Source of the DNA: Candidatus Omnitrophota bacterium
GTDB lineage: Bacteria; Omnitrophota; Gorgyraeia; Duberdicusellales; 4484-171
Assembly (NCBI GenBank): GCA_016935525.1
Contig: JAFGQU010000016.1
Span: 32,342 to 96,341, forward strand
Reading direction: 5' to 3'
DNA length: 64,000 nucleotides
In this document: positions 50,343-60,794 of the stretch, piece by piece
Position numbering within the stretch: the first letter of the stretch is position 1
Layout of the letters: every line of letters starts with the position of its first letter
Program-made: the position numbers and the translations under genes
Notes under the pieces: generated by a model
Seen by the model: the letters and a program-made list of their open reading frames with translations, nothing else
The model's database searches: none
Told to the model about the DNA's origin: nothing

Positions 50343-51610
50343 TGCTCGATTCATTTTCCCGTATCGGAATAATCGGTTTTAAACGGTCAGGTATCGCGCT
50401 GTGCCGGATGCTTCTTGATTATGGCAAACAGGTGAAAGTGAGCGATACGGGGTTTGAGGATTCTTTTTCGAAGATCCTGATCGAACGGTTAGGCGCCCGG
50501 GGGGTCCGGTTCGAGTTTGAAAAAAATTCTTGTGAATTTTTAAGTGATTGTGATCTCGTGGTCGTCTCACCCGGTGTCGATGTGGCCGCCTCAGGTATCG
50601 GTGAGTATACCTGTGCCCGCGGTATCCCGGTATACGGGGAGATGGAAGTGGCGTCCTGGGTAAACCGTGCCCGGATCGTCGCGATTACCGGTACCAACGG
50701 TAAGACTACCACTACGTTTCTCGCCTATAGCGTGCTTAAAAGTAAGTTTCCCGGTAGAGTCTATCTTGCCGGAAATATCGGGATCCCTTTTTCCGAAGTA
50801 GCTCCCCGTACTAAAGAAGGAGATATCGTGGTGCTTGAGGTGAGTTCTTTTCAATTGGAAACGATCAGGGATTTTCACCCTGCGGTGAGCTGTATTACCA
50901 ATATCGAACCCGATCATCTTGACCGGTACGCTCAGGTTTCTGACTATGTCCGCGCTAAAAAAAATATTTTTTCTAACCAGACCGCAAATGATTTCGCCGT
51001 ACTGAACAGGAATTGCGCTTTTTCTGACGAATTGAAATCGTCGATACATTCCCAGGTCCGTTATTTCAGCGATGAGTTCGAAAACGAAAATTATTCGGCG
51101 GTATCGGTCATTGCCGGAATATTCGCGATGACTAAAGAAGAATGCGCCCGGGTTTTCTCGGAATTTCGCGGCCTACCGCATCGGATGCAGAAAGTCAGAG
51201 AATTCGGGGGAGTCACTTTTATCAATGATTCTAAAGCGACGAATCCCTCTTCGACTATCTGGGCATTGAAGAATACCAAAGGTCCCGTGCGATTGATCGC
51301 CGGAGGGAAAGACAAAGGGTTGGAATACGGCGAGATCGCACCTTATCTTAATCAAGTAAAAAAGATATATCTTTACGGGCAGGCCCGCACGGCGATTACG
51401 CAGGCCCTCTCTTTTTATCCCGATATCGCCCGGTATGACGGTGTAGAGGAAGCTGTCCGTTCTGCGGCTCAGGATGCGCGTCGCGGTGAGGTGGTCCTTT
51501 TTTCTCCGATGTGTTCGAGTTTTGATCTTTTCAAAAATTATCAGGAACGCGGTAAATTTTTTATCCAAGTAGTAAATAATCTTAATGCAGAAACTTCAAC
51601 GAGAACGTAG
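50339..51610 (+). CDS. murD: UDP-MurNAc-L-Ala-D-Glu ligase
   Basis: GTNGKTT, EVSSFQL, DHLDRY, NDSKATN, SFD. Confidence 0.96.
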   Translation: MMLDSFSRIGIIGFKRSGIALCRMLLDYGKQVKVSDTGFEDSFSKILIERLGARGVRFEFEKNSCEFLSDCDLVVVSPGVDVAASGIGEYTCARGIPVYGEMEVASWVNRARIVAITGTNGKTTTTFLAYSVLKSKFPGRVYLAGNIGIPFSEVAPRTKEGDIVVLEVSSFQLETIRDFHPAVSCITNIEPDHLDRYAQVSDYVRAKKNIFSNQTANDFAVLNRNCAFSDELKSSIHSQVRYFSDEFENENYSAVSVIAGIFAMTKEECARVFSEFRGLPHRMQKVREFGGVTFINDSKATNPSSTIWALKNTKGPVRLIAGGKDKGLEYGEIAPYLNQVKKIYLYGQARTAITQALSFYPDIARYDGVEEAVRSAAQDARRGEVVLFSPMCSSFDLFKNYQERGKFFIQVVNNLNAETSTRT

Positions 51611-52688
51611 AAAAATATTTCTTACCGTTTTTGCCCTTTCTCTTTTCGGTCTATTAATGATTTACGAGGCTTCTTCGATCTATGCCTTGCGGTTGACCGG
51701 GGACAGCGGCTATTTTTTTAAACGTCAACTGGTATATTTCCTTTTAGGGATCGGTTTTTTCTTCGGGACACTGGCAGTTGATATCGAGTTTTTGAGAAAA
51801 AGATCGGCCGTTATTCTGGGAATCAATCTGTTCCTGCTGGTGCTTGCGCTTCTGGTGGGAAAACAGGTCGGCGGCGCGCGGCGCTGGTTGAGTCTATTCG
51901 GGTTCGGTATTCAGCCTTCGGAATTCCTGAAATTCTCTTTTCTGCTTTACGCGGTAGATTATCTTTATCGTAAACGGGGTTTTATCCGTAATTTTTCCCG
52001 GGGAATCCTTCCGCTTTTGGTGATCGGCGGGATAAGCGCGTTTTTGATAGTGTTAGGGCCGGACTTGGGTACGGTGATGTTCTGGTTAGGCTGGTTATTT
52101 CTCATGCTGTTTATTGCCAATGCCCGTAAAAAACACCTTTTGTATCTTGTCCTGGTCGGGATGCTTGCCGCCGGGGCGCTCGTGAAAGTGTATCCTTACC
52201 GTATGCAGCGGATTACTTCTTATCTTAATCCCTGGGCGGATTCGCAAGGGTCGGGATTCCAGCTTATTCAGTCGCAGATATCGTATGGTGCCGGAGGGAT
52301 TGCCGGGGTCGGGTTAGGGGAGAGCCGTCAGAAATTTCTGTTCCTGCCGGCAGCACACACTGATTTTATTTTTTCGATTATTGCCGAAGAGTTTGGTTTT
52401 ATCGGGGTTTCAATAGTGTTAGGATTGTTTTTTTTCCTGTTTTCCAGTATGTTCGAACTGACGTTACGGATCGGTGACCCTTTCCGACGGATGCTGGTCA
52501 TGGGTATCGTTCTGATAACAGGATCCGAGGTAATAGTCAATATCGGGGTCAGCTGCGGGCTGTTTCCGACAAAAGGGCTGTCGTTACCATTTGTAAGTTA
52601 CGGCGGAAGCAATTTGATCGTCCATTATATATTGTTAGGGCTACTGTTTCGTGCGACTAAAGAAGATGAAAATATTATTAGTCACTGA
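51585..52688 (+). CDS. ftsW: SEDS peptidoglycan polymerase
   Basis: GARRW, QPSEF, LPAAHTDFIF, LPFVSYGGS. Confidence 0.95.
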   Translation: MQKLQRERRKIFLTVFALSLFGLLMIYEASSIYALRLTGDSGYFFKRQLVYFLLGIGFFFGTLAVDIEFLRKRSAVILGINLFLLVLALLVGKQVGGARRWLSLFGFGIQPSEFLKFSFLLYAVDYLYRKRGFIRNFSRGILPLLVIGGISAFLIVLGPDLGTVMFWLGWLFLMLFIANARKKHLLYLVLVGMLAAGALVKVYPYRMQRITSYLNPWADSQGSGFQLIQSQISYGAGGIAGVGLGESRQKFLFLPAAHTDFIFSIIAEEFGFIGVSIVLGLFFFLFSSMFELTLRIGDPFRRMLVMGIVLITGSEVIVNIGVSCGLFPTKGLSLPFVSYGGSNLIVHYILLGLLFRATKEDENIISH

Positions 52689-53706
52689 CCGCAGTGCCGG
52701 CCATCTTTTTCCTGCCCTTGCGCTTGCCCGGGCGGCCCAAACGGCTGGACATAACGTGACATTGTTTACGACATCGGCTTATCTTGGCGAGTATGTGCCC
52801 GAAGATATTGCCTGTATTGTCGGTAAAGACCTGAACCGAGCCTGGCTTTTAAGAGAAATGTTCCTGCGCAGCATCGAAGCGGTCCGGATTATTTTTTGTA
52901 TGCGGCCGGATAAGATCATCGGGTTCGGCGGCCGGGGCAGTTTATTTTTTATCCTCTTTGGCGCTCTCTTTTTACGTGATACCGGATTATACGAGCCGAA
53001 TGTCCGGATGGGGAAAGCGAACCGGTTCCTGCGGCACCTGGTAAGGGCAATATGGTACGGGTTACCTCCGCACAATATCACCGCTACGATGAAATCTGCC
53101 GGTATTCCCCGGCATCCCGGTATCCGGCATTATGAGAAAGACCAGGCCCGGAAAAAACTGGGCCTTGATCTTTATCGCCCGGTAGTATTTTGTTTCGGCG
53201 GAAGCCAGGGATCGGAGTTCCTTAATGAGACGTTTAAGAAAATAATTCAGGAAGATGTTTTTTTCCAGGCGATCCATCTTACCGGAGAGAGAGACTATTA
53301 TCAATTTTGTGAGTTTTATGATAAAATAATGAGAAAAGAATATTTTGTTAAGAAGTCTTATAAAGATATCGGCTTGTTATATTCGGCAGCTGATATCGTG
53401 ATCTGCCGGGCCGGCGCGTTAACTATTGCCGAAATCGTCTTTTTCCGGATCCCGGCAATTCTTATTCCTTATCCCGGCGCCGAAGGCCATCAACGGGCGA
53501 ATGCCCTTTTTTTAACCGGGAAGGGAGCTGCGTATTATTGTGAACAAAATGAATCGGCATATGCCGGTTGCGCCAGTATATTACGTGAGGCCTTTGCCGA
53601 TAGGCAAAAACTGGATATGATCAGAGAAAAACTGTCTTCAGTTTCGATAAGTGTCGATGACGGCACGTTCTATTCCAGTATATTTTCTGGCGAGAAAAAA
53701 GATTAA
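52666..53706 (+). CDS. murG: undecaprenyl-PP-MurNAc-pentapeptide GlcNAc transferase
   Basis: AGHLFPALA, GFGG, FGGSQGS, CRAGA, HQRANA. Confidence 0.92.
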   Translation: MKILLVTDRSAGHLFPALALARAAQTAGHNVTLFTTSAYLGEYVPEDIACIVGKDLNRAWLLREMFLRSIEAVRIIFCMRPDKIIGFGGRGSLFFILFGALFLRDTGLYEPNVRMGKANRFLRHLVRAIWYGLPPHNITATMKSAGIPRHPGIRHYEKDQARKKLGLDLYRPVVFCFGGSQGSEFLNETFKKIIQEDVFFQAIHLTGERDYYQFCEFYDKIMRKEYFVKKSYKDIGLLYSAADIVICRAGALTIAEIVFFRIPAILIPYPGAEGHQRANALFLTGKGAAYYCEQNESAYAGCASILREAFADRQKLDMIREKLSSVSISVDDGTFYSSIFSGEKKD

Positions 53707-53767
53707 AGGAAGAAAAACCGGCAATAGATGCTCTGCGGGACCTGAACGCAGAGTGGTTGATAGAATA

Positions 53768-55150
53768 ATGCAGCACGAGAATATCCTCACACATATCAAG
53801 AACATACATCTCATCGGTATCGGCGGGGTCGGGATGAGCGCCCTGGCGATGTTATTAAAAGAAAAAGGCTACCGGGTAAGCGGGTCCGATATCAGAGAGG
53901 GGTATTATTTTAAAAAGGCCGAAAGTTGCGGGATCAATGTCCTTACGGGACATCGTGCCGCCCATATCGAAGGTGCCGATATCGTCTGCTATTCTTCGGC
54001 GATCCGGCCGGATAATCCCGAGATAGTCGCTGCGCGAGCAAAAGGGATCGGTGTATACCGTCGTGCCGAGATCCTGGGGATGATCTCTCAGGGAGAGCGG
54101 GTCGTTGCGGTATGCGGCAGTCACGGTAAGACGACTACTTCGGCACTCCTGGTCTTTTTAGCGACGAGTTTAAAATATAAACCGACCGCATTCATCGGCG
54201 CTCAACCGTTAAATTACGAAAAAATGGCATGGTGGGGTAACGATTTTTTTATTATCGAAGCCGATGAGAGTGACGGGAGTTTTCATTCCTACTCGCCCTG
54301 GGTATCGATTCTCACCAATATCGATAACGAACATCTCGATTTCTACGGAACCCGAGAAAAACTGGACGAAAACTTCCTTGAGTTTGCCCGGCATACTCAG
54401 GAGCTTACTATCGGGTGGGGTGATGATGAAGCAGTATCCGGTATCCTGCGGCAAGTCCCTTCACTTTCTTACGGGAAAGATCCCGGGAATCCGGTCCGGG
54501 CCGAAGGGATTCACTACCGGGGCGGATATACTTATTTTGACCTTTATATAAAAGGCCGCTGTTACCCGCAGGTATGCCTGCCGCTTTTAGGCGAACATAA
54601 TGTGCTCAATACCCTTGCGGTAATAAGTTTTTTTGAATTTATCGGCGCGGATATAAAAGAATTGATCCGAGTGTTGCCGGAATTTAAAAGTACAAAACGG
54701 AGGTTCCAGCTTAAAAGTTGTGCCGAAGGGGTTATTTTTATCGATGATTATGCGCACCATCCTACCGAGATAAAAGCTACCTTAGCTGCCGCGCGTGCGC
54801 TTGGGTCCCGTCGACTGGTTGTGTTATTTCAACCCCATCGTTATTCCCGCCTGATGCGGCTTTTGAATGAGTTCGCTTTGTGTTTCGGTGCTGCCGATTG
54901 CCTGATCTTTACCGATGTGTACGCTGCGGGAGAAGAGAAACCTTACGATTTCGATGAACTGGCTCTGGGGCGCCGCCTGCAGGAAGGATTTAACGGTGAA
55001 CTGCATTATGTAGCTAAGGAAAAGTTGGCGGGGGAGGTATCGGGATTCATCAAAGAAGGAGATGTCGTGATCAGTGTAGGAGCCGGAGATATCAGTAAGA
55101 TTACCGATGAAGTTATCAGCGAATTTACCAGAACAAGAATTAAAGCCTGA
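53768..55150 (+). CDS. murC: UDP-MurNAc-L-Ala ligase
   Basis: GIGGVGMS, GSHGKTTT, EADESD, DDYAHHPTE; start set to ATG 53768. Confidence 0.96.
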   Translation: MQHENILTHIKNIHLIGIGGVGMSALAMLLKEKGYRVSGSDIREGYYFKKAESCGINVLTGHRAAHIEGADIVCYSSAIRPDNPEIVAARAKGIGVYRRAEILGMISQGERVVAVCGSHGKTTTSALLVFLATSLKYKPTAFIGAQPLNYEKMAWWGNDFFIIEADESDGSFHSYSPWVSILTNIDNEHLDFYGTREKLDENFLEFARHTQELTIGWGDDEAVSGILRQVPSLSYGKDPGNPVRAEGIHYRGGYTYFDLYIKGRCYPQVCLPLLGEHNVLNTLAVISFFEFIGADIKELIRVLPEFKSTKRRFQLKSCAEGVIFIDDYAHHPTEIKATLAAARALGSRRLVVLFQPHRYSRLMRLLNEFALCFGAADCLIFTDVYAAGEEKPYDFDELALGRRLQEGFNGELHYVAKEKLAGEVSGFIKEGDVVISVGAGDISKITDEVISEFTRTRIKA

Positions 55151-55988
55151 TTACCCTTTAAGTGGTCTGACTACGATGAAGATCGGGGGGAATGCCCGGT
55201 ATTTCCTTGTACCTGCTACTCAGGAAGAACTTATCCGGAGTATCTTGAGATTGACCAAAGAAGGTATTCCTTATGTCGTGTTGGGGCGCGGGTCGAACAT
55301 CCTTATCTGCGACGACGTCATCCCCGCGGCGGTGATCAAGCTGGGTGAGGGGTTTAGGTGTATCAATCCTGTCTCATCCTACGTGTGTGCGGTGGGGGCT
55401 GCTACGGCTTTAGCGACCGTATTACGTTATTGTATCGAGAACCGTCTGGGGGGCCTTGAAATGTTCGCCGGGATCCCGGCGACAATCGGCGGCCTGGCCT
55501 GTATGAACGCATCGTGTTTCAAACGAGATTTCCTTTCGCTGGTCGAAGAAGTGCGGGTGATCGACCGGAAAGGGAAAGAACATTCGTTATCCCGCAATGT
55601 CATCCGTTACGGGTATCGTAAAAGTAATTTAGACCGGTTTATCATTACAGAAGTGGTCCTTAAATTTAAACCGGAAGAAAATGTAAAGAAAAATATTGCC
55701 GCTTTTCTCGCTCAAAGGATCGCTACTCAGGATTTCCGGTTTCCCAGCCTGGGATGTATTTTTAAAAATCCTCCCGGTTATTCGGCCGGGGCTTTGATCG
55801 ATGAATGCGGACTGAAAGGGTTGCGTATCGGCGATGCGGCGGTATCGGATATCCATGCCAACTTTATTGTGAATCATGGCCATGCCCGTGCCGGCGAGGT
55901 CGATCAGTTGATAAAAACGATTAAAGATAAAGTCTGGGATAAATTCAAGATCATGCTTTCCGAGGAGATCCGCCGATGGGGTTGTTGA
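55107..55988 (+). CDS. murB: UDP-N-acetylenolpyruvoylglucosamine reductase
   Basis: GRGSN, GIPATIGG, MNA, GCIFKNP, HANFIVN. Confidence 0.95.
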   Translation: MKLSANLPEQELKPDYPLSGLTTMKIGGNARYFLVPATQEELIRSILRLTKEGIPYVVLGRGSNILICDDVIPAAVIKLGEGFRCINPVSSYVCAVGAATALATVLRYCIENRLGGLEMFAGIPATIGGLACMNASCFKRDFLSLVEEVRVIDRKGKEHSLSRNVIRYGYRKSNLDRFIITEVVLKFKPEENVKKNIAAFLAQRIATQDFRFPSLGCIFKNPPGYSAGALIDECGLKGLRIGDAAVSDIHANFIVNHGHARAGEVDQLIKTIKDKVWDKFKIMLSEEIRRWGC

Positions 55989-56926
55989 ATAAAGACAGAA
56001 TACGTATCGCGATATTACAGGGAGGAGTCTCCGGAGAACGGGAGATTTCTTTCCTTTCGGCACAACAGGTATACGTTTCCTGCCGGCATTTGGGATTAGA
56101 CGCGGTGCCGGTCACTATCGATACCAGAGACGCCAAAGAAATAGAACGGCTGTTGATCGATCAAGGTATTGAATTCGCTTTTATAGCGTTACATGGCGAA
56201 TTTGGCGAAGACGGTTCGATTCAAAAGATTCTGGATGGTATCGGGATTCCTTATACCGGTTCAGGGGCGGCCGCAAGTTACCTTGCGATGGATAAGATCG
56301 CTTCAAAAGAGCTGTTTTTGACTCACGGGATACCTACGCCGGATTTTACGATAGTAGAAAGAAAGAACCTTTCGGTCAAGGTCGATTGCTATCCTAAGGT
56401 CATCAAACCGCATTTCGGCGGGTCCAGCCAGGGGATCCATATAGTGCATAATATCGGAGAGCTTAAAGAAGCTTTGGCCGATGCCGCTTCGTTCAGTGAA
56501 CGGGTGTTAATCGAACAATATATCGAAGGTACCGAGTATACCGTAGGGATACTCGATGAACAGCCGTTGGGGGTAGTCCAGATCGTCCCGCGCAATGGCT
56601 GGTACGATTTTACGGCAAAATATGCCGATGATATGACCGACTTTATCGCGCCGGCGCCGCTGGAAAAAAAGTTGTACCGGCAGGTACAGGAGTATGCTCA
56701 AAAAGCGCATACAACCCTTGGCTGTCGTCATTTCTCCCGGGTCGATCTGCGCCTTGATGTCCAGATGCGGCCGTACGTGTTGGAGGTGAATTCTATTCCC
56801 GGGCTTACTTCGCACAGTCTGCTTCCTCTTTCGGCCCGGTGTGATAATATCGGTTTTGATGAACTTATGCGCAGGATGATAGAACTCGCTCTTAGAGATA
56901 CGTTCAAGATAAAGGCGGGACGATAG
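55976..56926 (+). CDS. ddl: D-alanine--D-alanine ligase
   Basis: GGVSGEREIS, LHGEFGEDG, EVNSIPG. Confidence 0.96.
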   Translation: MGLLNKDRIRIAILQGGVSGEREISFLSAQQVYVSCRHLGLDAVPVTIDTRDAKEIERLLIDQGIEFAFIALHGEFGEDGSIQKILDGIGIPYTGSGAAASYLAMDKIASKELFLTHGIPTPDFTIVERKNLSVKVDCYPKVIKPHFGGSSQGIHIVHNIGELKEALADAASFSERVLIEQYIEGTEYTVGILDEQPLGVVQIVPRNGWYDFTAKYADDMTDFIAPAPLEKKLYRQVQEYAQKAHTTLGCRHFSRVDLRLDVQMRPYVLEVNSIPGLTSHSLLPLSARCDNIGFDELMRRMIELALRDTFKIKAGR

Positions 56927-56928
56927 GG

Positions 56929-57690
56929 ATGGGACGCCGCCGCGGCCGGCCCAGGTCATTTAAACGTCGGATACCGAAAATCCCTTTTCCGGTTGTGGTG
57001 GCCCTTTTGATCCTTATCTTTACGGCCGTTGCCGCCAGTTACGCCCTCAAAAGGATTACTCCGCTTACCTTTTTCAGAGTGAAGACCGTTCGTATCGACG
57101 GGAACGAGGATGGGCGACAGATCAAAACAATCGTAAGCGACTATGCGTTGGGTAAATCGTTACTGTCCCTTGATCTGAAAAGTATCCGCACTACCGTCAT
57201 GCAACGTTATCCGGATCTTGAGGAACTTACTTTTCTTAAAGAATTTCCCGATACGGTTGATGTCAATGTCTTGCGCAGTAAAGCTTTCTTACAGATAAAA
57301 AGCGACCGTTATTATATTTTAAACGAAGCGTTGAAGATCATCGAGGAAGAACGGGGCCCGCGATCGGGACTGGTGACTGTGGAAGTAGACGGGTTTACCC
57401 AGGATATCGCTGCCGGAGCCTATATTGATGACGAACGGGTAAGGCAGGCCGCTCGTCTGTTAGAAGTGCTGTTACGTTCCGACTTATTTTCGCCTACCAC
57501 CATTCTTGCTCATCGTTTGGATAATCTGTCGTTTTTTACTCACGGTACAAAAGTGATATTAGGAGAGCAGGATTTCGAAAAAAAGCTTAAGATATTAGAA
57601 GCATTAATGCGTGAGAATTACGATAACGATTTTTCTACATTACGTTACATCGATCTGCGTTACAGTAAAGTATATATTGGGAAACGATGA
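56929..57690 (+). CDS. ftsQ: cell division protein FtsQ/DivIB
   Basis: TM helix, POTRA domain (FPDTV), C-terminal YIDLRY. Confidence 0.85.
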   Translation: MGRRRGRPRSFKRRIPKIPFPVVVALLILIFTAVAASYALKRITPLTFFRVKTVRIDGNEDGRQIKTIVSDYALGKSLLSLDLKSIRTTVMQRYPDLEELTFLKEFPDTVDVNVLRSKAFLQIKSDRYYILNEALKIIEEERGPRSGLVTVEVDGFTQDIAAGAYIDDERVRQAARLLEVLLRSDLFSPTTILAHRLDNLSFFTHGTKVILGEQDFEKKLKILEALMRENYDNDFSTLRYIDLRYSKVYIGKR

Positions 57691-58832
57691 AGCAGGGAAT
57701 GTGCGGTATTGCCCTAGAAGATGGGATACTCTCGGTATTGCTTTGTGCCCGTGAGCGGGCCCAGTTGATCCCGTGTGCCGAATTCTCTCTGCCCGCCGGA
57801 AGTGACGATCTCCTTGAGGTTCTTGGTAAAAATATCGAGAAACTCGACGAAGAAATCACAAAACACGAAGAAGAAAAATCGATCGTCGTAGATCAGGTAT
57901 ATTGTGTGTTGCCGTTTGGCTGGCAACGGTTCAAGATCGCCGACGATATATTCCCTTTGGCGAAAGATAAAAAGAAAGCCGTATTCGCAAAAGAGATCGT
58001 TCAGGCTAAAGACCATATGGAAGGGGTAATGCTGGATTGGAACGAACGGTGTATCCATAATATCATCCTGGAATATCATCTTGATGGGGAGGTCTTCCGC
58101 CAATTGCCGGCACAGGTTTCCGCCCGGAAGCTGAAACTTAAATCACTTCTGGTGTCGATCGAACGAAAGATCTTTTCGGAAATTCAAGCTCTTTTTCATA
58201 ACATTGACCGGCAATTTATGGCGTTTATCTGGTGGCCGCTGGCTGAGTTGAGCGTAAATGCTTCCGATAAGATCCCGGTCCCTTATGTAACCGTAGATAT
58301 ACGCCGTCACGAGACTTATTGTTCGATCCTTTCTGATGAAGGTATCGTGTTCGAGAAATTCGATATGAACAGCGTGCAGATCCAGCGTAAGATCGCCGAA
58401 AAATTTTCGCTTTCACCCCAGGTATGTCAGGATATCCTTGACCATTACGTAGGGTTTCAAAGTGTGATGTCCGGTAAAGAGGTGGTGATGAAAGAGGCCG
58501 GCCGTTATGTGAGTATAAATACGACGGCGATCAGCCAGTATTTACAGGAAATCCTCAGAGAAGAATTATCGGAAATAATCGAGTTTATAAAAAGATATAT
58601 CAGCCAGGAATATAAAATACTCTTTTTGGGGCAATTTGCCGTATTAAAAGGGTTTACCGCATTTATCCGCGGCCAGTTCCCGGGATTACAGACCGAAATC
58701 TCTTCTTTTCGTTCTTCTTCGTCTTACCTCTTAGGATGTGTGAAATATGGCTGCCAGCGGTATCTGGAACGCACCATCCCTCAGGCCGGCATCTTTAACC
58801 GCCTGATGAATATGTACCGCGATTATTTTTGA
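57687..58832 (+). CDS. ftsA: highly divergent FtsA-like protein
   Basis: Follows ftsQ; 1C-domain IHNIILEYHLDG; vestigial actin-fold motifs. Confidence 0.65.
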   Translation: MKQGMCGIALEDGILSVLLCARERAQLIPCAEFSLPAGSDDLLEVLGKNIEKLDEEITKHEEEKSIVVDQVYCVLPFGWQRFKIADDIFPLAKDKKKAVFAKEIVQAKDHMEGVMLDWNERCIHNIILEYHLDGEVFRQLPAQVSARKLKLKSLLVSIERKIFSEIQALFHNIDRQFMAFIWWPLAELSVNASDKIPVPYVTVDIRRHETYCSILSDEGIVFEKFDMNSVQIQRKIAEKFSLSPQVCQDILDHYVGFQSVMSGKEVVMKEAGRYVSINTTAISQYLQEILREELSEIIEFIKRYISQEYKILFLGQFAVLKGFTAFIRGQFPGLQTEISSFRSSSSYLLGCVKYGCQRYLERTIPQAGIFNRLMNMYRDYF

Positions 58833-58835
58833 ACT

Positions 58836-60794
58836 ATGGTAAATGAGATTTTACTCAAACAATTATTGCGTACTATGAGGATTGCCTTTATCAATGCCGG
58901 GATGTATCATGAAGAACATCCCTTAGTGGCAAAGTCGATCGATGCGTTAAGTGACACGTTACATGAAGTGCTCAAAGACCAGATGTCGGTAGAAATAGGG
59001 TTTACTTCCGAACATATTATGGTCGGTACAGAAGAGTTCAAAGGCGACCGGTTATATGAAGAAGAGGCGCGTTATTTTCATATCCGTAAAGTGAAGTCTA
59101 TCCGTATTTCGACCGGTGTCGATACGTCGGAACTGGCTCTTTTTGTGAAGGAATTATCTGCTTCGCCCCGCGCCCTCGATGAAGCCGGAGGATTGAAGGT
59201 CTTCATAGAAAAAAATGACTTACCTCATATCCATATCAGCGCGCTCGATTATTCTCCTTTCTTAGGGAGCAGCGGCCAGGAGATCTCCGAAGACGTGTGG
59301 AATTATCTTTTGGGAGAAGTAGGAACGCTTCAAACCCAGGAAGACACTAATGGATTCATTTCCCGGTTAACCCAGGCGATTGAGCAAATGAACTTCCATG
59401 AATTGAAAAGCGATTCAGAGGATTTTCTGCGCCTGCAGGATATTGTCGGGCAATTAAAAGAAAAGATGCCGGATGTCTCTCAGTCGCTGGGAAAAGAAGT
59501 GCTTAAAGCGGTCCTTAAGAAGCAGGAACAGATCCAGGATGAAAAAGTGTTAGAGCAGGTGCGGTCTCTTTTTTCCCGGTTAAGCCGTAAAAGTCAAATC
59601 GATACGCTTTGGAACGAAGTGTTCGGCAGCAAGAGTTTCAACCCGGTGATCTTTTCGGTTTTTGACCGGTTGGTGGAAAAAGATAATAAAGAAGAATATC
59701 TCCAAGAATGGGATCAAAAACTGAAAGACCATACCGAACTTGTCAACGACCCCCATTTGCGTGAAAGAGTGAAAAATATGCTGGTGATGGAAGAAACCAA
59801 TGTCTATATGCCCCAGATGTACCGGTATACGCTTACGTTGCTGTCATCTCGAATAGGGGTCGACCTTAAGATGATGCTTAACAAAAACGCTTTATTCCGT
59901 AATTATCTTTTTGCTCTTTTGAACCTGTTGTCATGGGAAGGCCACTGTGAAAGCATTATCCCGCTATGTGATGAGTTGCTCAAAAATACCGAAGAGGTTT
60001 CTCATGTCCACCAGATAGAATTATTGCGCCAGTTTCATCAGGCGCTGAGTATGAAACTGGTTCACCTCGACGATGCCCGGATAAAAGAAGAGATCCGTCA
60101 GCGGGAAGGAGTGCTGTTAACTAAGATCGAAGAAGTCATAGTGGAAGGAACGATCACGATAGACGAGGATACGTTCGAATATTTTATCGGTATCCTTGAA
60201 CGTAGCCAATTTTCCTCAGACCTGTATTTTAAAAAAATATTCGGATTACATCCGCGGCGGCAACATGTGGTGCGGCTTTTTTTGAAGTTCTTCCCGCACC
60301 TCAATAATGCCTTCCTTGAACAATTAAAAAAAGAAAGTACAAACGTAGGGTTTTTAAAAGAGGTCATCGAGGCGTTGAACAAGGTAGATACCCGCCAGGT
60401 ATACTCTATCCTGAAAAATATTTTTTTAACGGCAAATCCTCTGGTAAAAATAGAGGTGCTTAAGGCGATGCAGAATTCTTCTTACGTCGAAGATGATTTT
60501 GTCCTTGAGAATTTACGGCAGGATAACGTATTTCTCAAAAAAGAATTGGTTGCGATAGTAAAGAAAAAAACTCCCGAAGTACAGAAGAAGGCGGGCGAAC
60601 TGTTGCTCTCGGTGTTTAACCTTTTCGGTATCAATAACCGTATTCTTCTTGAGAACATCCGGCTTATCCGTGACGCGCAGCTCGCCAGCAGCCGGGAAAA
60701 ACTCGCGGATCTATTGAAATGGTTTTTGTGTTGGGGCGGTACTCCTTTAAAAACCGAGATTGAACGGACCCTTTCCGAATTCAGGAAACTGTAA
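58836..60794 (+). CDS. hypothetical alpha-helical (HEAT-repeat-like) protein
   Basis: N-terminal MYxxxHP domain shared with the next gene; helical C-terminal repeats. Confidence 0.7.
   Translation: MVNEILLKQLLRTMRIAFINAGMYHEEHPLVAKSIDALSDTLHEVLKDQMSVEIGFTSEHIMVGTEEFKGDRLYEEEARYFHIRKVKSIRISTGVDTSELALFVKELSASPRALDEAGGLKVFIEKNDLPHIHISALDYSPFLGSSGQEISEDVWNYLLGEVGTLQTQEDTNGFISRLTQAIEQMNFHELKSDSEDFLRLQDIVGQLKEKMPDVSQSLGKEVLKAVLKKQEQIQDEKVLEQVRSLFSRLSRKSQIDTLWNEVFGSKSFNPVIFSVFDRLVEKDNKEEYLQEWDQKLKDHTELVNDPHLRERVKNMLVMEETNVYMPQMYRYTLTLLSSRIGVDLKMMLNKNALFRNYLFALLNLLSWEGHCESIIPLCDELLKNTEEVSHVHQIELLRQFHQALSMKLVHLDDARIKEEIRQREGVLLTKIEEVIVEGTITIDEDTFEYFIGILERSQFSSDLYFKKIFGLHPRRQHVVRLFLKFFPHLNNAFLEQLKKESTNVGFLKEVIEALNKVDTRQVYSILKNIFLTANPLVKIEVLKAMQNSSYVEDDFVLENLRQDNVFLKKELVAIVKKKTPEVQKKAGELLLSVFNLFGINNRILLENIRLIRDAQLASSREKLADLLKWFLCWGGTPLKTEIERTLSEFRKL

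Noticed and set aside
53731-53753. Hairpin ctctgcg-N9-cgcagag between murG and murC
   Set aside because: A single 7-bp stem with no U-tract and no second copy; insufficient to call.
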